A program made the translations under genes and the position numbers. DNA of 64,000 bases from Octopus bimaculoides (lineage: Eukaryota): the NCBI RefSeq assembly GCF_001194135.2, contig NC_068981.1, positions 41,477,317 through 41,541,316 on the forward strand, given 5' to 3'. Below the pieces are notes generated by a model, which was given only the letters and a program-made list of their open reading frames with translations, had not been told where the DNA came from and made no database searches. Shown in pieces: positions 13,824-26,392 of the stretch (position 1 is its first letter; each line of letters starts with the position of its first letter).

Positions 13824-15223
13824 TATATCTTAAATATTGTAAATGTTTCTTTTTTTTTCTGAACATTTATTAATGGTGGTTAATGACTGAAACATAATGG
13901 CCAACATATAAAAATATTAAAACCAATTTATATTTTACGATCATATAATTTTTTAAATTATAAATATTTTGGAATGGTCATTTCTCAAGAATAGTTAGAA
14001 CAGTTACATATTTTGTTTTCTCTCGGGTATTGTGCATTGCTTTGGTGACCTCATTCTATAATATCAAATGACATTCTCTGTAATCACACTTTCCGAACTA
14101 AAGATGTTGAAAATTGACCTGAGTTACCCACTTAATATCATAGCTTTGACAAGTGTTATTTTAATAACCCTTTAGGGATCTGACAGGAGTTAAGTAGTCC
14201 TTTGTATCTGCAATATTCAGGTCAGATGAACTGAGAGTAATTGCAAATAACACTGAGCATTAGTCAGCTGTAGATTACTACCTTGTTACAATGTATGATT
14301 AAAAGTATCTGACAATAACTAATTGGGTCTCTTTTTGTCTATAAATGTTAACACCTTCATGTTATTAGGAAAAGTTTCTTCCCTGAGTACAGTTGACATA
14401 ATTACAAAGCATAAGAAATAAATTTCAAATCAGCATTTGCGTTGTATATTTTTCAACTTAATGGTTAGTAGGTTAAATGTTAATCAATTCACTTCATGAT
14501 CAAATTAGGCTAGTAATTGTGCTCTGCTCTTGGGTACAGTATGTAACTAACTGTATTTGCCTTTGACTACTTGGCTAACAACATACTCTTTCAGACTTAC
14601 CCATGTCAATCCAAATCATGTAGATCTATAACCAAAAGAATTCTTGTTGTGATCATTCCATCTTTTTAGGGGTGTATGAATTACACTGCATTATCTAATA
14701 TATCCTTTCTTTATTTGAGACAGTAAGGAGTAATTTGGCTGCTACTTTTGGTAGGTCAAGTGACTATATAGCACTGGTATGAACACAGAGATGTGAAAGC
14801 ATTACAAATTCTCCATCTTACAGAAATTCACTTTAATTTAGTATGAAAAAGAAAATCATTTGTTTGAAGACTGTCTTTGATGTCTTTTTCTTTTCCAATA
14901 TGTAAAAAGTTTCTAGAAATTAGGAAGTTTACCATTTGCCATTACTGGTCATAAAAGTAGAAGCTCAAATTGAATAGAGACCACTTATTGAATGAAATAT
15001 GACAATTTCTCCATACATTTTTTGGATAAATACTTAACAATTTGACTTTTAATACCATTATAAGAAATGTATATTTGATGTAGATTCTTGCTTTTCTTTT
15101 ATAGTTGCCAACATCATTATCATTTTTCTATATGGCAGCAAGCTTTTATCTGCTTTCTTCTCTCCTTCACTAGAACCTCCTCAAATTATTGCAAAAATAA
15201 TCTGTAATTTCATATAATTTCAG

Positions 15224-15399
15224 ACTAAAAAAAGCTGACTTTCCAGTCAAACTATTACCACATGTCAAAGAATCTGGTTCTAGTGCAGGAAATCTAAAGT
15301 GTGACTGGTTCTCAATTCCAAAAGGAATTCCAGTGCTTGTTGCTTTAGGGGATTTACAATGTGCTATCAGATCCACTATAAAAGATAAAGCAGATGCAG
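15224..15399 (+). CDS. SHPK: SHPK exon, 176 nt (LKKADFPVKLLP...ALGDLQCAIRS...DA)
   Basis: TTTCAG| ... CAG|GTTTGT; phase 2-1. Confidence 0.92.
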
Positions 15400-18300
15400 G
15401 TTTGTCACATTTCTTTCTTTATTTCAGTCTAGGTTATGTTAAGCAAGAACTAAATTATTCATTTGACAGACAAAGGATGAAGTCATTAAAACAATTTGAA
15501 AAGTTGAGGGTTTATATTATCACCAGATTCCTTGACAGAGGTACTTAACTATCAATAACCAAAACCATGTTGTAGTAAAATAGGTGTAAAGTGCAGCCAA
15601 ATCTTACTTAAATTATCCCAAATCACCTTAATGTTTTAAGAAGCAGAAGGACAAATTGGATAATGCAGTTCTAAATACACTGGGGAATATATCTGGATTG
15701 GTGAAGGGCAAGAGGATCACGTTTCACTTAATCAGAACTGACCGAACAAAAATATAGATACTATCCGAAGGCAAATTCATTACTGTAATTGAGCACTATT
15801 TAATTTTATTCACAAGTCATTTCACTCACTTGCAGCGCTTAGCTCAAATTCTTCCATTCCAACTGTAGGTAGTTTTATTGGAGGTGGGGTGGGGGGCTTA
15901 ATGTGATTGCTAATTTTGTAAAAACTACAGGAATGAATTTTTGGAATTTGGCAATAGATTTTAATTTAATAATGCATCATGTTAAAATGTTCTCATATAT
16001 AGAAAATACAATAAAATCATTGAAAACTGAAGACTATAAACTAAAAATTTCAATTGTTTCATCTTTTTTTTTTTACAATATTAACTAAAAGATGACCTAT
16101 GTTTAAGCAAAATTGTTTAAAAAAAAAAAAAAAAAAAAATTATTGCAAGCTTAAAAAAAATATCATTATGCTACCCTTTATTGTAATTGTTTGTATATTT
16201 AAGTAAGGCGTTGTTAATCATGCAGGTTAGTGACTTTTCATCACCATTGTCATCATTTTATGTATGCTTTTCATACCTGAATGGGTTTTAACAGGGTCCA
16301 ATGGGTCACAGGACTACATCTTGGTCCAATGTTTCAGTTTTACCATAGTTTCTATTGCTGGATGCCCTTCCACTTTTTAGAGTTTATTGGTTGCATGAGA
16401 ATCTGTCTAATCTGCACCAGCATGGAAAATGGCCATGAAATTATGATGACAAACATTTTTAGCTTTTTCTTGATTTTTAGTTTCATCTGTATTTTCCAAC
16501 CATCATTGCGAAAATACCAAAGTTATGTAGAAATGATGGATCTTTTTTAAAACGGGGGCCACACTTTTCATTAATGTTTTACGTAGTGTTTTTGGTACCG
16601 AAAGACTTTCAAACTTCGTATACTTATCTATTTTGTGTTATAGAACAGAAAAATATTTTTGTATTCGAATTTATTTCATGTAAAAAATTGTCTTATTTTG
16701 ATAATTTCAACCAATCACTGACAAGTATCCAGCTGTTTACATTTACTCCTTTGGCTGATTAAGCCATAGCTTCGTTTTTATTTGCTTTTTTCATTTTAAA
16801 TTTTCTTTTTTTTCTTCTTCGTTTTATTTGCTTTTTTCTTTTTAAATTTGCTGTTTTACCCTAACCCTAATCCTATCACCGATAGAATTGTTTCAGAATC
16901 GTTTGTTTATGTAGTCGGCACTTAATGTATATCGGCTGAATGGACGTCAGTGATTGGTTGAAATTACAGAAATACAACAACTTTAACATGGAATAACTTA
17001 GTCTTCTTAAAAAAAAAGAAATCCCTAAGAGAAAAAGATGTTTTATATGACACATTCTACCAGTATTCCAAGTTTCAAAGTGTTTCGTTAATGAAAAATG
17101 TGGCCCCCGTTTTAAAAAAGATCCGAAACGATCAAATTGATTAAATTTTCTGTTCAATAAAAGCACATTTTATTTAATACAAAATTAAAACAAAGAAGTA
17201 TCTTCTTAAATGTGTTTTGTGAGTTGCAGTATAATATTAAAAGAAAATATAAAATGTTATCTCAACAATTTAATGTAATTATGGAGAATATTATTTACTT
17301 TTTAATTTTTTCCCCCCTTTTTATTCAGTTCTTAACATCAGTACTTCAACTCAGTTGGGATTTCCCATATCCTTGAAAGGTTTCAAACCTCCACCAACCA
17401 ACCCAGAAAATGCCATTGAATATTTCCCATATTTTGGCAACACATACATTGCAACAGTTGCTAGTCTTACTGGGGGCAGTGTGATGGCTAACTTTGTGAA
17501 AACTCTGCAGGAATGGTTTTCGGAATTTGGTAATTGATTTCAAATTGTTATTTTTATACATATTTTATGATAATATTTACAAATAGTAATATCAGGCGTT
17601 AAACAGATCATGTTCTAACTCACTGCTAGTACTTTATTGAATATTCAGTCCAGAAATACACTATCTCAGATCCAGTAATTATTAGAATAGGTATCAAATC
17701 ATCAAAAAAGGTTCAACTTCAGACCTGTATCCAATAATCATTTCAGTTCATCTTGCCATTGGATTTGGGCTTTGGCTCTGATTACAGGCCGAATGTGGTG
17801 GCTGATATGCAACTGCTCATTCTGTATTCAACTCATACCTAGGCTTCCACCACTAGATAGATATCTTTAAATATTATAGGTCTCTCATCATTTCTCCACA
17901 AACCACAGGAATTCAAAAAGCCAGTAATTAGTTGTAGATAGTTTAGTTCAATACATAAAGTCTCTCACAAAAAAACTGAGAATAGTATGTTCTCCAAGTA
18001 AAGAGACCAAGTTATGTACAACGTGGTTTAAAGAATCAATCAAACACTGAGTCACCATCTCTGAAACAATTTATTTTTTAAATCTTAATCATTCAATTAA
18101 AAATGAAGAATTATATTGATTTCTATAGATAAGTATCCTGATATTTGTATTATCAGGATGTAGCAAATTACTGTCTGTTTTTAAAAGCAGCAGCCTTGTG
18201 ACTATTTTAATTAGACTTAGAATTTCTACTGGCGTTCTAACTTTACAACCAACATGGCAATCTCTATGCAATTCCTTAAGCTCCCAGAAATATGAGTTCA

Positions 18301-18994
18301 AATATCCTCAAATCACACCCTACCATTTAAGAAAAATAAACATTGGACATCATACAAAAAGACAGGGTGATCTTGACTGGATGCCTTGCTCATAGCTCTA
18401 CTTGATCGGAGATGACCCTTGGCCTAAAAAACTATGAACATATCCTTTTAGTTTCCAATGCGCCATGACTGCCATCATGTTAGTTTATAGAGTTCCTTCC
18501 TTTCGCAGAAAGTAGGCTAAAATTATCTCATTTACTACTCTAATTAGATGTTTTAGTTAACCTACATTGTTTTTTTTTTTTATATAGGTGTACAAGTAGA
18601 AGAAGAACAAGTCTGGAAAAAGCTTATAAAGCTTGCTGAAAAAGTACCAAATACTGACCTCCAGATTATACCAACTTTACAAGGGGAGCGCCATAAGCCA
18701 GATCAACGTGGCAGTGTAGCTGGACTTAACATGAATAATATGTCTCTTGGAAAAGTGTTTCGAGCTTTGTGTAGTGGTCTTGTTCAGAATTTGCATGAGA
18801 TGATGCCAAACACTTACCTAGAAGATCATGGCATTAAACGGATCATTGCAAGTGGTTCTGGTGTGACTAAAAATCCTATTGTTCAACAAGAAGTTAAAAA
18901 GTTTTACAAGACTCCAATGGTCAATGGTGATCGCTGTGATTCTGCCTTAGGAGCTGCATTATGTGCTATTAATTCCTGTAATAGTTCACACTGA
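15224..18994 (+). CDS. SHPK: Sedoheptulokinase (FGGY carbohydrate kinase), 3' part only: three exons
   Basis: Spliced peptide ...IPKGIPVLVALGDLQC...AVLNISTSTQL...EYFPYF...ASLTGGSVMANFV...GERHKPDQ...RALCSGLVQNLHEM...SGSG...DSALGAAL, diagnostic of SHPK. Confidence 0.93.
15805..15970 (+). pseudogene. Decayed intronic duplicate of the SHPK 201-nt exon
   Basis: Aligns by eye to about 17320-17545 (e.g. ATTGCTAATTTTGTAAAAAC vs ATGGCTAACTTTGTGAAAAC; GGAATTTGGCAAT vs GGAATTTGGTAAT); indels present, donor GT changed to GC. Confidence 0.75.
16538..17124. mobile_element. Non-autonomous foldback/MITE-like element with nested inverted repeats
   Basis: Outer IR 37 bp with 36/37 match (16538-16574 / 17088-17124); inner perfect 21-bp IR (16702-16722 / 16946-16966); CCCTAACCCTAA core near 16860. 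Confidence 0.75.
17329..17529 (+). CDS. SHPK: SHPK exon, 201 nt (VLNISTSTQL...QEWFSEF)
   Basis: TTTTATTCAG| ... G|GTAATT; phase 1-1. Confidence 0.93.
18588..18994 (+). CDS. SHPK: SHPK terminal coding exon
   Basis: Poly-T tract TATAG| acceptor; GVQVEEEQVW...CNSSH*. Confidence 0.93.
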
Positions 18995-21143
18995 ATTGGG
19001 ACAGGCTTTTATTATATAATACAATGATTTCATAAAGGAAATTAAATTGTGAAATTTATTTCAGAAATACCACAAAGGGTTCTACTGTATTTTACAGGGA
19101 GTTGTTGAATACGTAAGCAGAAAAGTAAGTTACTATAAAGTTTTATAGTCATAATACTTACAATTTATCCAGTTAACAATTCAAAATCCTTAACAAAACT
19201 GTTTTATTTACATAAATCTATTGTATTACCAAGGCAAGAAATACGTTTTTTAAGACAGAAAATATAAAATAACATTAAACAAATGTAATTATAAATGAAA
19301 TAATTTTCCCCCTTGCACTTTCTATTGACAATTTTCCATTGAAAAATCAGTCACAGTATTGCAGTATCATTTCATTTGTCCTCACTACATTGTGGAATAT
19401 TGAGTTTAGTATTTTCTATGAAATATCATAACTTTATATTTTATGGGACTCATTCTGAACAAATGTTATAAAATGAATTTAGGGTTGGTATTTCAAAACA
19501 AATCATATCTTTTGAATTTTCATTTGTAGAATAGTGTATCTTATCACACCAAATTTACTTTTCTCATTTGAAATGTCTTTTTAAAATGACTTATAAAATC
19601 CTCTTTAGATTATTTTAAAAATTCTTATTTACATTCCTTTCATTGTATTACAATTTTTATGGCCAATATTCACAACTAGATGATGATAACCAAAGATTCT
19701 TCTGAACAACCATGAACATTATCGTTATTGTGTATTGATCCATATAGCTACTCTTTCATTTGATTCAATTTTAGCATGAACTTTCTTATCCAATTTAGAT
19801 TTTCAAAGTTGTTCTGTCATGCAAAACATTCTTTATCTCAGTGACCCTTTTGGATTGATGCTAAGATCTTTTTCATTAGTTCTCTGCAATACCTACATCT
19901 CTTTCCAAACTGGAGATAAAAAGATGAAATTTAATTTGACTTGTGGATTAGTGGTTTCTATTAAAAAATAGTTTCTGGAGAGTGTAATTTTGAGGCAGGG
20001 CTGGTAGAAGTTTTTACTTTAAGAACATGGTGCAAGTATATCAAGTGGATTTAAACAGAGCATAGTCTGCAAATTCAAATTGAAAGAATCAGTATCCTAC
20101 ACACAGAAACAATGGAATACTACACAAACATTTGCAAATGATACACCAAGTCTAATTTGTCTCCTAACAACATGAGAGATCCCCTACCAGATAATGTTTT
20201 AAAAGGAAAAATATCTGTGAAAGGAAACAATGACACTAGTAACATTGATTTTAATATTAAACATTATAATAGAAGTTTTGACTGACTGTTTCTTCAGGTG
20301 TAATCTGAAGCTTATAGTTTGAACTATATCTCATAACATTCACTACATTTAGAGATTGTATCTTTAGCCTGTATACATGGCCGAGGATTTAAATATGGAG
20401 GGATTTAAGGATGTGGTATGTTCCACTATTTCATCACAGCAGGTTTCAGAGAGCATTGCCACTCTCAGTAACAGTGAGCTGAATTGAAATGTCATCAAGA
20501 CACATTTTTTACAAGGCAGATAATGAAAGAACACAAAGACAAAAGAACTGTGTCAAAGGTACAGATATATATTTTCATTTAATATAACAGTATGTTTATT
20601 TAACTTTTTTTTTATTAATTCTACAAAAGAGCAAGATTCAAAGTGAATGATAGTCTAAAGAAGTAATTACAATGGGTGAATAGACAGAAACATTAGTAAT
20701 ATGTGGATGTTGTTCAGATAGAAATTGAGATCAAGTTTGTCACATAGAAGACACTTAGACATGTCTTCATTCAACAAATGTGAAATTTATTTAAAATTTT
20801 ACTTCTCCAATCTAATGTTTTTTTATCTTAATAATTTAGTTGACAATCAAATACAAATGGAGGTCTTTTTTTTTCTCTTTTTCTGGTATAAACAAATTAA
20901 ACTTGAGAGGGGAAAAATATAATGAACATATGTAAAGTCAAACAAATAAATTATAATCTCTCAATGATATGATTTATATAGCTTTCAAGTTTTAATGTTC
21001 ATACTGTAAATTCAGTTTGCCACTCTGTTAAAACAAAAGAGTAAAACATTAAATATGAAAGCATGATTAATATGAATATTATACATACATCAATAATACA
21101 TTAACATTTGTATGTTCTTACATGTCACACAAGTCCTGATGCT

Positions 21144-21179
21144 TCAAAAGATGGTAGCCTGAGAAGGTAAATTTATTAT
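21144..21179 (-). CDS. DNA2: DNA2 c31, terminal exon ([11 protein letters not shown])
   Basis: Resembles the vertebrate DNA2 C-terminal L|IIDLPS; stop TGA at 21146-21144. Confidence 0.85.
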   Translation of the reverse strand: MINLPSQATIF

Positions 21180-24100
21180 GTAATTCTGGTTAAAGAAAAT
21201 TCCTGAAAACAATTTTCTCATAAAATGTTCATATTTTTCTTTTTGTCAAAATAATATATTTTTAATGTTATTTTTCAAAATAATATAAATATTAAAAGCA
21301 GAAAAAAATAAATGGATTTCAAAATATATTTTGTTGAATCAATACCAAAAAGAAAGGAAGAAACTATTGATTTCAATTTCTTTTTAATGTTTGCAGTTAG
21401 CTTGATTTGTATCTGTGTTGGCTGCAGCAGCCTCTCCATGTAAATGTATTCTATTCAGATATGTATGCAGACATGTGTAGAGGTTTGTTTGTAATCTTAT
21501 TTACTGCTGATGGCTAAATATTTCTTGTTCCATTCTGTTCATTCAAACTCAAGAATATTCTATACAACTAAATTGAAAAACAACTGTGGCTGTATGTGTT
21601 ATTTTTAGACAGGGATGCTTTTTGTCTCCCACTCTTTCTCTCCCCTATTTTCTTTTTGTCATGTTTGAAGTACTGACTCTTTTTACTTTCAATCTCCATT
21701 ATTTAACTTNNNNNNNNNNATTCACCTTTATACCTCAGTCTTCCAATCTTCTCACTTCCCTTGAGTGACAAACATTTTTTTCTCTTTTCTTCACTCATAC
21801 AGTATGCAAGGCTTGAAATTCTCCCCCATTATCTCTGATTGGACAATCATATGCAGGAAAGATAATCAAAACTTACTAGTGACCCACAAATCTGAACAGG
21901 CTAAATAGCTACTACTTTCATAAGAGTAGTAGTTATTATGTTCAGCTTGGCAAACTAATATGATCTAACTACAGGCAAATAGTATGAAACTCTTGACATT
22001 CTCATTTATATAGATCAGCACTTTAACCAGAGGACTACTGTATCTATATATAGAATGGTTCATTTTAAAAACTACTTGCATGAAATTAGTTGACATTATA
22101 AATAGTGTTTGTTTCATGGCAGATGTATAGTTTTCATTTTTGTGCCCTATGTTTATACCTGAAGTATGAGCAAAATGAGTAACCTGTTTTATTTAAAAGC
22201 ACTAAACAATAGATAGTTCTGAATTTGAATGTCACAATTCTTTTCAACTTTGTTGGCATTAGATGAACTGATCTAAAAGATTCAGAAATATACAATGTTA
22301 TTCAATTAAAAGTTTTATTTTTTTTTTTCTATCTAGCATCATGGCCCACAACACAATATCCTATCCTCTCAGAAATTCTTTTCTTAGGCTAGCTAACCTG
22401 ATAAAGAATGTGTGTGTGGTGGGGTGCTTTTGCATTAATGTGTGCATATGTGTAACAAAAATATACAAAGGATATAAGTTGTCTTTGGATCAATAGCGTC
22501 ATTAAGTCTGCAAGTGGTTTGAATATTTCAAGGGTTTCAGCATTTCCAATGAAAATAAGCTTACATTTTGCTCGAGTCATTGCAACATTTAATCGTCGGA
22601 TATCTTTCAGGATTCCACCAGCCTAAAAACATAAAACAATCTCAAATTATAATTTAACATGTTAAATATAAACCATATAAGCATTAACTAATCACTCATC
22701 TTTCCATTATTTGTGCTACATGTACAGCAACAGATGGTACAAGACCTAACCATATTCAACGGTTCCTATCATCACCCTCTACACTCAACCTCTTCTGTCT
22801 GTCACAAGGTCAATGTATAAGGGTTTACATTGAATCTGTTCATATAGAATACATTCTATCACCCTTGCTATATTGCTAGTCATCAGCTATTGCTCACTGT
22901 CCCCTTGACTAAATATTACTGTCATTTATCTTTACCATTATCCAGCTCTATTATTACCCATTACTCCACTCTCACCTTAAACACAGTTTCTACTATCATA
23001 CTCTTATCTCTTGTTTATACCATCTCTCTCTCTCCCTTGTTCACACTGCCTTGAGTGGATATGTATGTCAGGATAGTGAGAATTCTACTCTTATGGTATA
23101 GAAGTTAAGCTTCTTGTGTGGTGCCATGGTAATGCACTCAATACACTTTGTAAAGTGATTAGTGATGGGAAGGGTATCCTGACATAGAAAGCAAACCAAA
23201 ATATAAAGGCAAGATGTGATACTCCAACCTGTCGGTGTGGGTATGGGAGTAATCTGGATAAGAACTGACAATCCACCCAAACAGTACTGAAAGCAGACAT
23301 AAAGTAATGATATGATATCAATGCAACTTCAAACATTTTTGACTCAAATTTTCATTTATCCACATACATCATGTTAGAGTAGTTTTGCTACATAAATATT
23401 TAAATTTATATCTTGTAATATGCTTGTCTAAATGCTTTATATTTAGCTTTCCGTCAATTTCTTTGAAAGTGTGAAAATGCTCTATGAATAAGTATGGGAA
23501 TAAAAATATATAAGAAAAAGTGTAAGGATATACTATAAGTGCAAGAAAATTTTCTATTTTAAATTTGTACAATTTCCAGTTGTGTGTGTCAAACACTAAA
23601 ATTACAGTAAATATTGCAGATTCTAAAAAACGCCAAGATTATTCAATATTAAGATAATTTTTCTTTAACATTATGGATTCTTACTTACATTGCAAGATTT
23701 TAAATTTTCTTTGGAACTGTTTCTCACAAATGTTACTATGATTATATCTTTATCACGGCCTTGATACTGATCAACTGTATTCACCTCTACATACTGAGCA
23801 GCTTCTTTTCCGATTACATTAATCAGTGTTTGCTGGACAAGTTTTACTTGATTTCTGTATGGAGCTATAACACCAATATCACTGAGGCACATGCCATCCT
23901 AAAAGTACACAAAAAATATTAACCAAACACACATATATATTACCTGAAGTGACATAATTGAAGAAACACAAAGAAAATTGATTACAGACAATCTAGTTTA
24001 ATTGTATCCATTTTTAAACATCAATTTTGATAAGTCTGCAGTATGGGATTTTACTCTTCTTGATCTAATGAGATCTTGTGAGATCTAATATCCTTAGATT

Positions 24101-26358
24101 TAATCTCTGCATTTTCTCAAGAATTTGATTATTTTTAATTACTATTGAATTCATTAACAAGTTGCATAAAGTTTATTATGAAAATAAGGAATTATGACCT
24201 TAGTTCTTTAGCTGCCTCACTAGAAAAAGGACATCACTGATACTCCATGCTGGCATAAATCTAAAACTAATTCTCTTCCTAATCAGTTGTATTATAACTT
24301 TTTTTAATACCCTTCATGACCTGATCCAGCAGTTTGATGTTTGTGTAGTACTCTTTCTTTCTAAAATATCACCTTTACTTTTAAAGTAGTTGATGATATT
24401 GCTACACCAGTCATTGGGTATTGCATTTTTCTATACAACCAAATGATGTTGAGAAAAAAGAAACAGAAAAGCAAAAGTGGATTTTTAAAATTTTCTATTT
24501 ACTTACCGTTTGGAAAGCTGAGACTATCATAGCAATCAACTGTGCCTCAATGTTATTTTGAACTTCTCCTCTCGTATTGTAAGTTTCTGGAGCTGGAACC
24601 TAGAATATTGGCAATGATTAGTGCAGAAAAATGTCACTACAATTGAACAAAAAAGATTTAAATTCTAGGATTTAGTCTTTTCTTTTTGAAACTATTTCAA
24701 CAAAACAAGTAGTAAAATGCTTTTGTTAAAATCAGATGTGAAGAAAATTCTAATGTATTAAGCAGAGCGACTGCAAAAATTCCAGCACAAAACATTACAA
24801 TTCTTAGCTTTTCATAGCACTTTAGCATTATCTGTTATTTAACTTCACTGAAATATTTAGTTTGTAAATGTTTACTAAGTAAAAGGAGTTCAGAAATTGA
24901 GTTGAAAACAGGTAAACGTATTCAACAGCTTATGAAGTTTCACATTCAATATTCTTAGTATTCAACTCAATTTATATGAACCTAGAGAGTAATCCTGTAC
25001 CAACCAAATTAGAAAAGGAAAAGTTAATTTAAATTCAGCAGCAAGAACAGTCAAAGTGATAACAAGAATTTTAGTTTTAAGAAATCAGTTTTATATATTG
25101 TGTTGTTGGCATTAAGAAAAGCATCCAACCTTAGAAAATATACCAAAGCTGACACTAAAGCTTGATGCAGCTCCATGCTTGCCAGATCCAGTCAAACTGT
25201 ACAATCCTTGCCAGCATGGAAAACAGATATTAAATGATGATCATTGTTCTCCATATTAATCACTTTTAAAACATTTTATCAGTTCCTTTTTAGAAACATG
25301 GCAATTGCTGACTTTCATTCCCCCACCCCAACTCTTCATTTAGGGAATTATCTGAAGCAGATGAAAACATTAATGGTAAACAACAGGTTGAGAGAAAAGT
25401 GTTTTGTAAGGAATGGATGAGGTGCTAAGCAATAGTCATGCCAATAATTCAAACACTACTTTAAAGATAAATGGCATTATTACTATTTAGAAAGGCAACT
25501 ATAAAAGAAAGCAAATTTCAACATCTACTTTTCGTTCTTGTATGGGTCAGAAAAATTTGTTGTGGCAGATTTTCTATGGCCAGATGCTTGTCCTGTTACC
25601 TATTTTCAAGCAAGGTAATATTTCTCATATGGCCAGACATGTTTTCCATGGATTATTGGAAATGAAAGATATCATACATGATGTCAGAACAAGGGTATAC
25701 ACAAGCATCTCTCTCTCTTGTGTGTGTTTATGTTTATATATATATATATATATAGGACAGGCTTTTTCAGTTTCCATCTACCAAATCCACTCAAAAGATT
25801 TTGGTCAGCATAGGGCTGTAGTAGAATACACTTGCCCTAGATATCAAACAGTGGGACTGAATCCAAGACCACATGTTTGAGGAAACAAGTGGCATATCAT
25901 ACATCAACACTTTCACCTGGTATCTGAAAAAAATAATGCTTTTCAGCTGAAAGCATTCAAGTTCCAGCCACAACTGCTGAAATATTAGTTTGTAAAAGGA
26001 AAAGAGTGCAAGAATAATAACTAACTATGCTCTGTAATATTCATATAAATAAACTATTAAAAGAAAATACCATTTTTGTATTGAGAAACAGAACTGCTTT
26101 ATTCAATGCTCCACTGACAACATCTAGCATCCAGGATGGGAGATTAGATTTCTGTAAAACAACAAAAATCACAAAAATAAAATATGAATTTTATAACATT
26201 CAGAAAGTCTGAACTAAGTATAGACTGATCACTTAATATATTTGGTAAAATAATATAACAAAATCATCATTCAATATAAAATAAACATTGAAAGTTGTGT
26301 AAGTAAAATACCTAAAAAAACTATTTCCATCAAGCTCTTCCTTACTACAGAAAATCTA

Positions 26359-26392
<34 letters not shown>

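Noticed and set aside
22389-22475. Read-through C-terminus [12 protein letters not shown]... given by the ORF track
   Set aside because: Better explained as the start of the AT-AC intron; the spliced tail matches known DNA2 C-termini.
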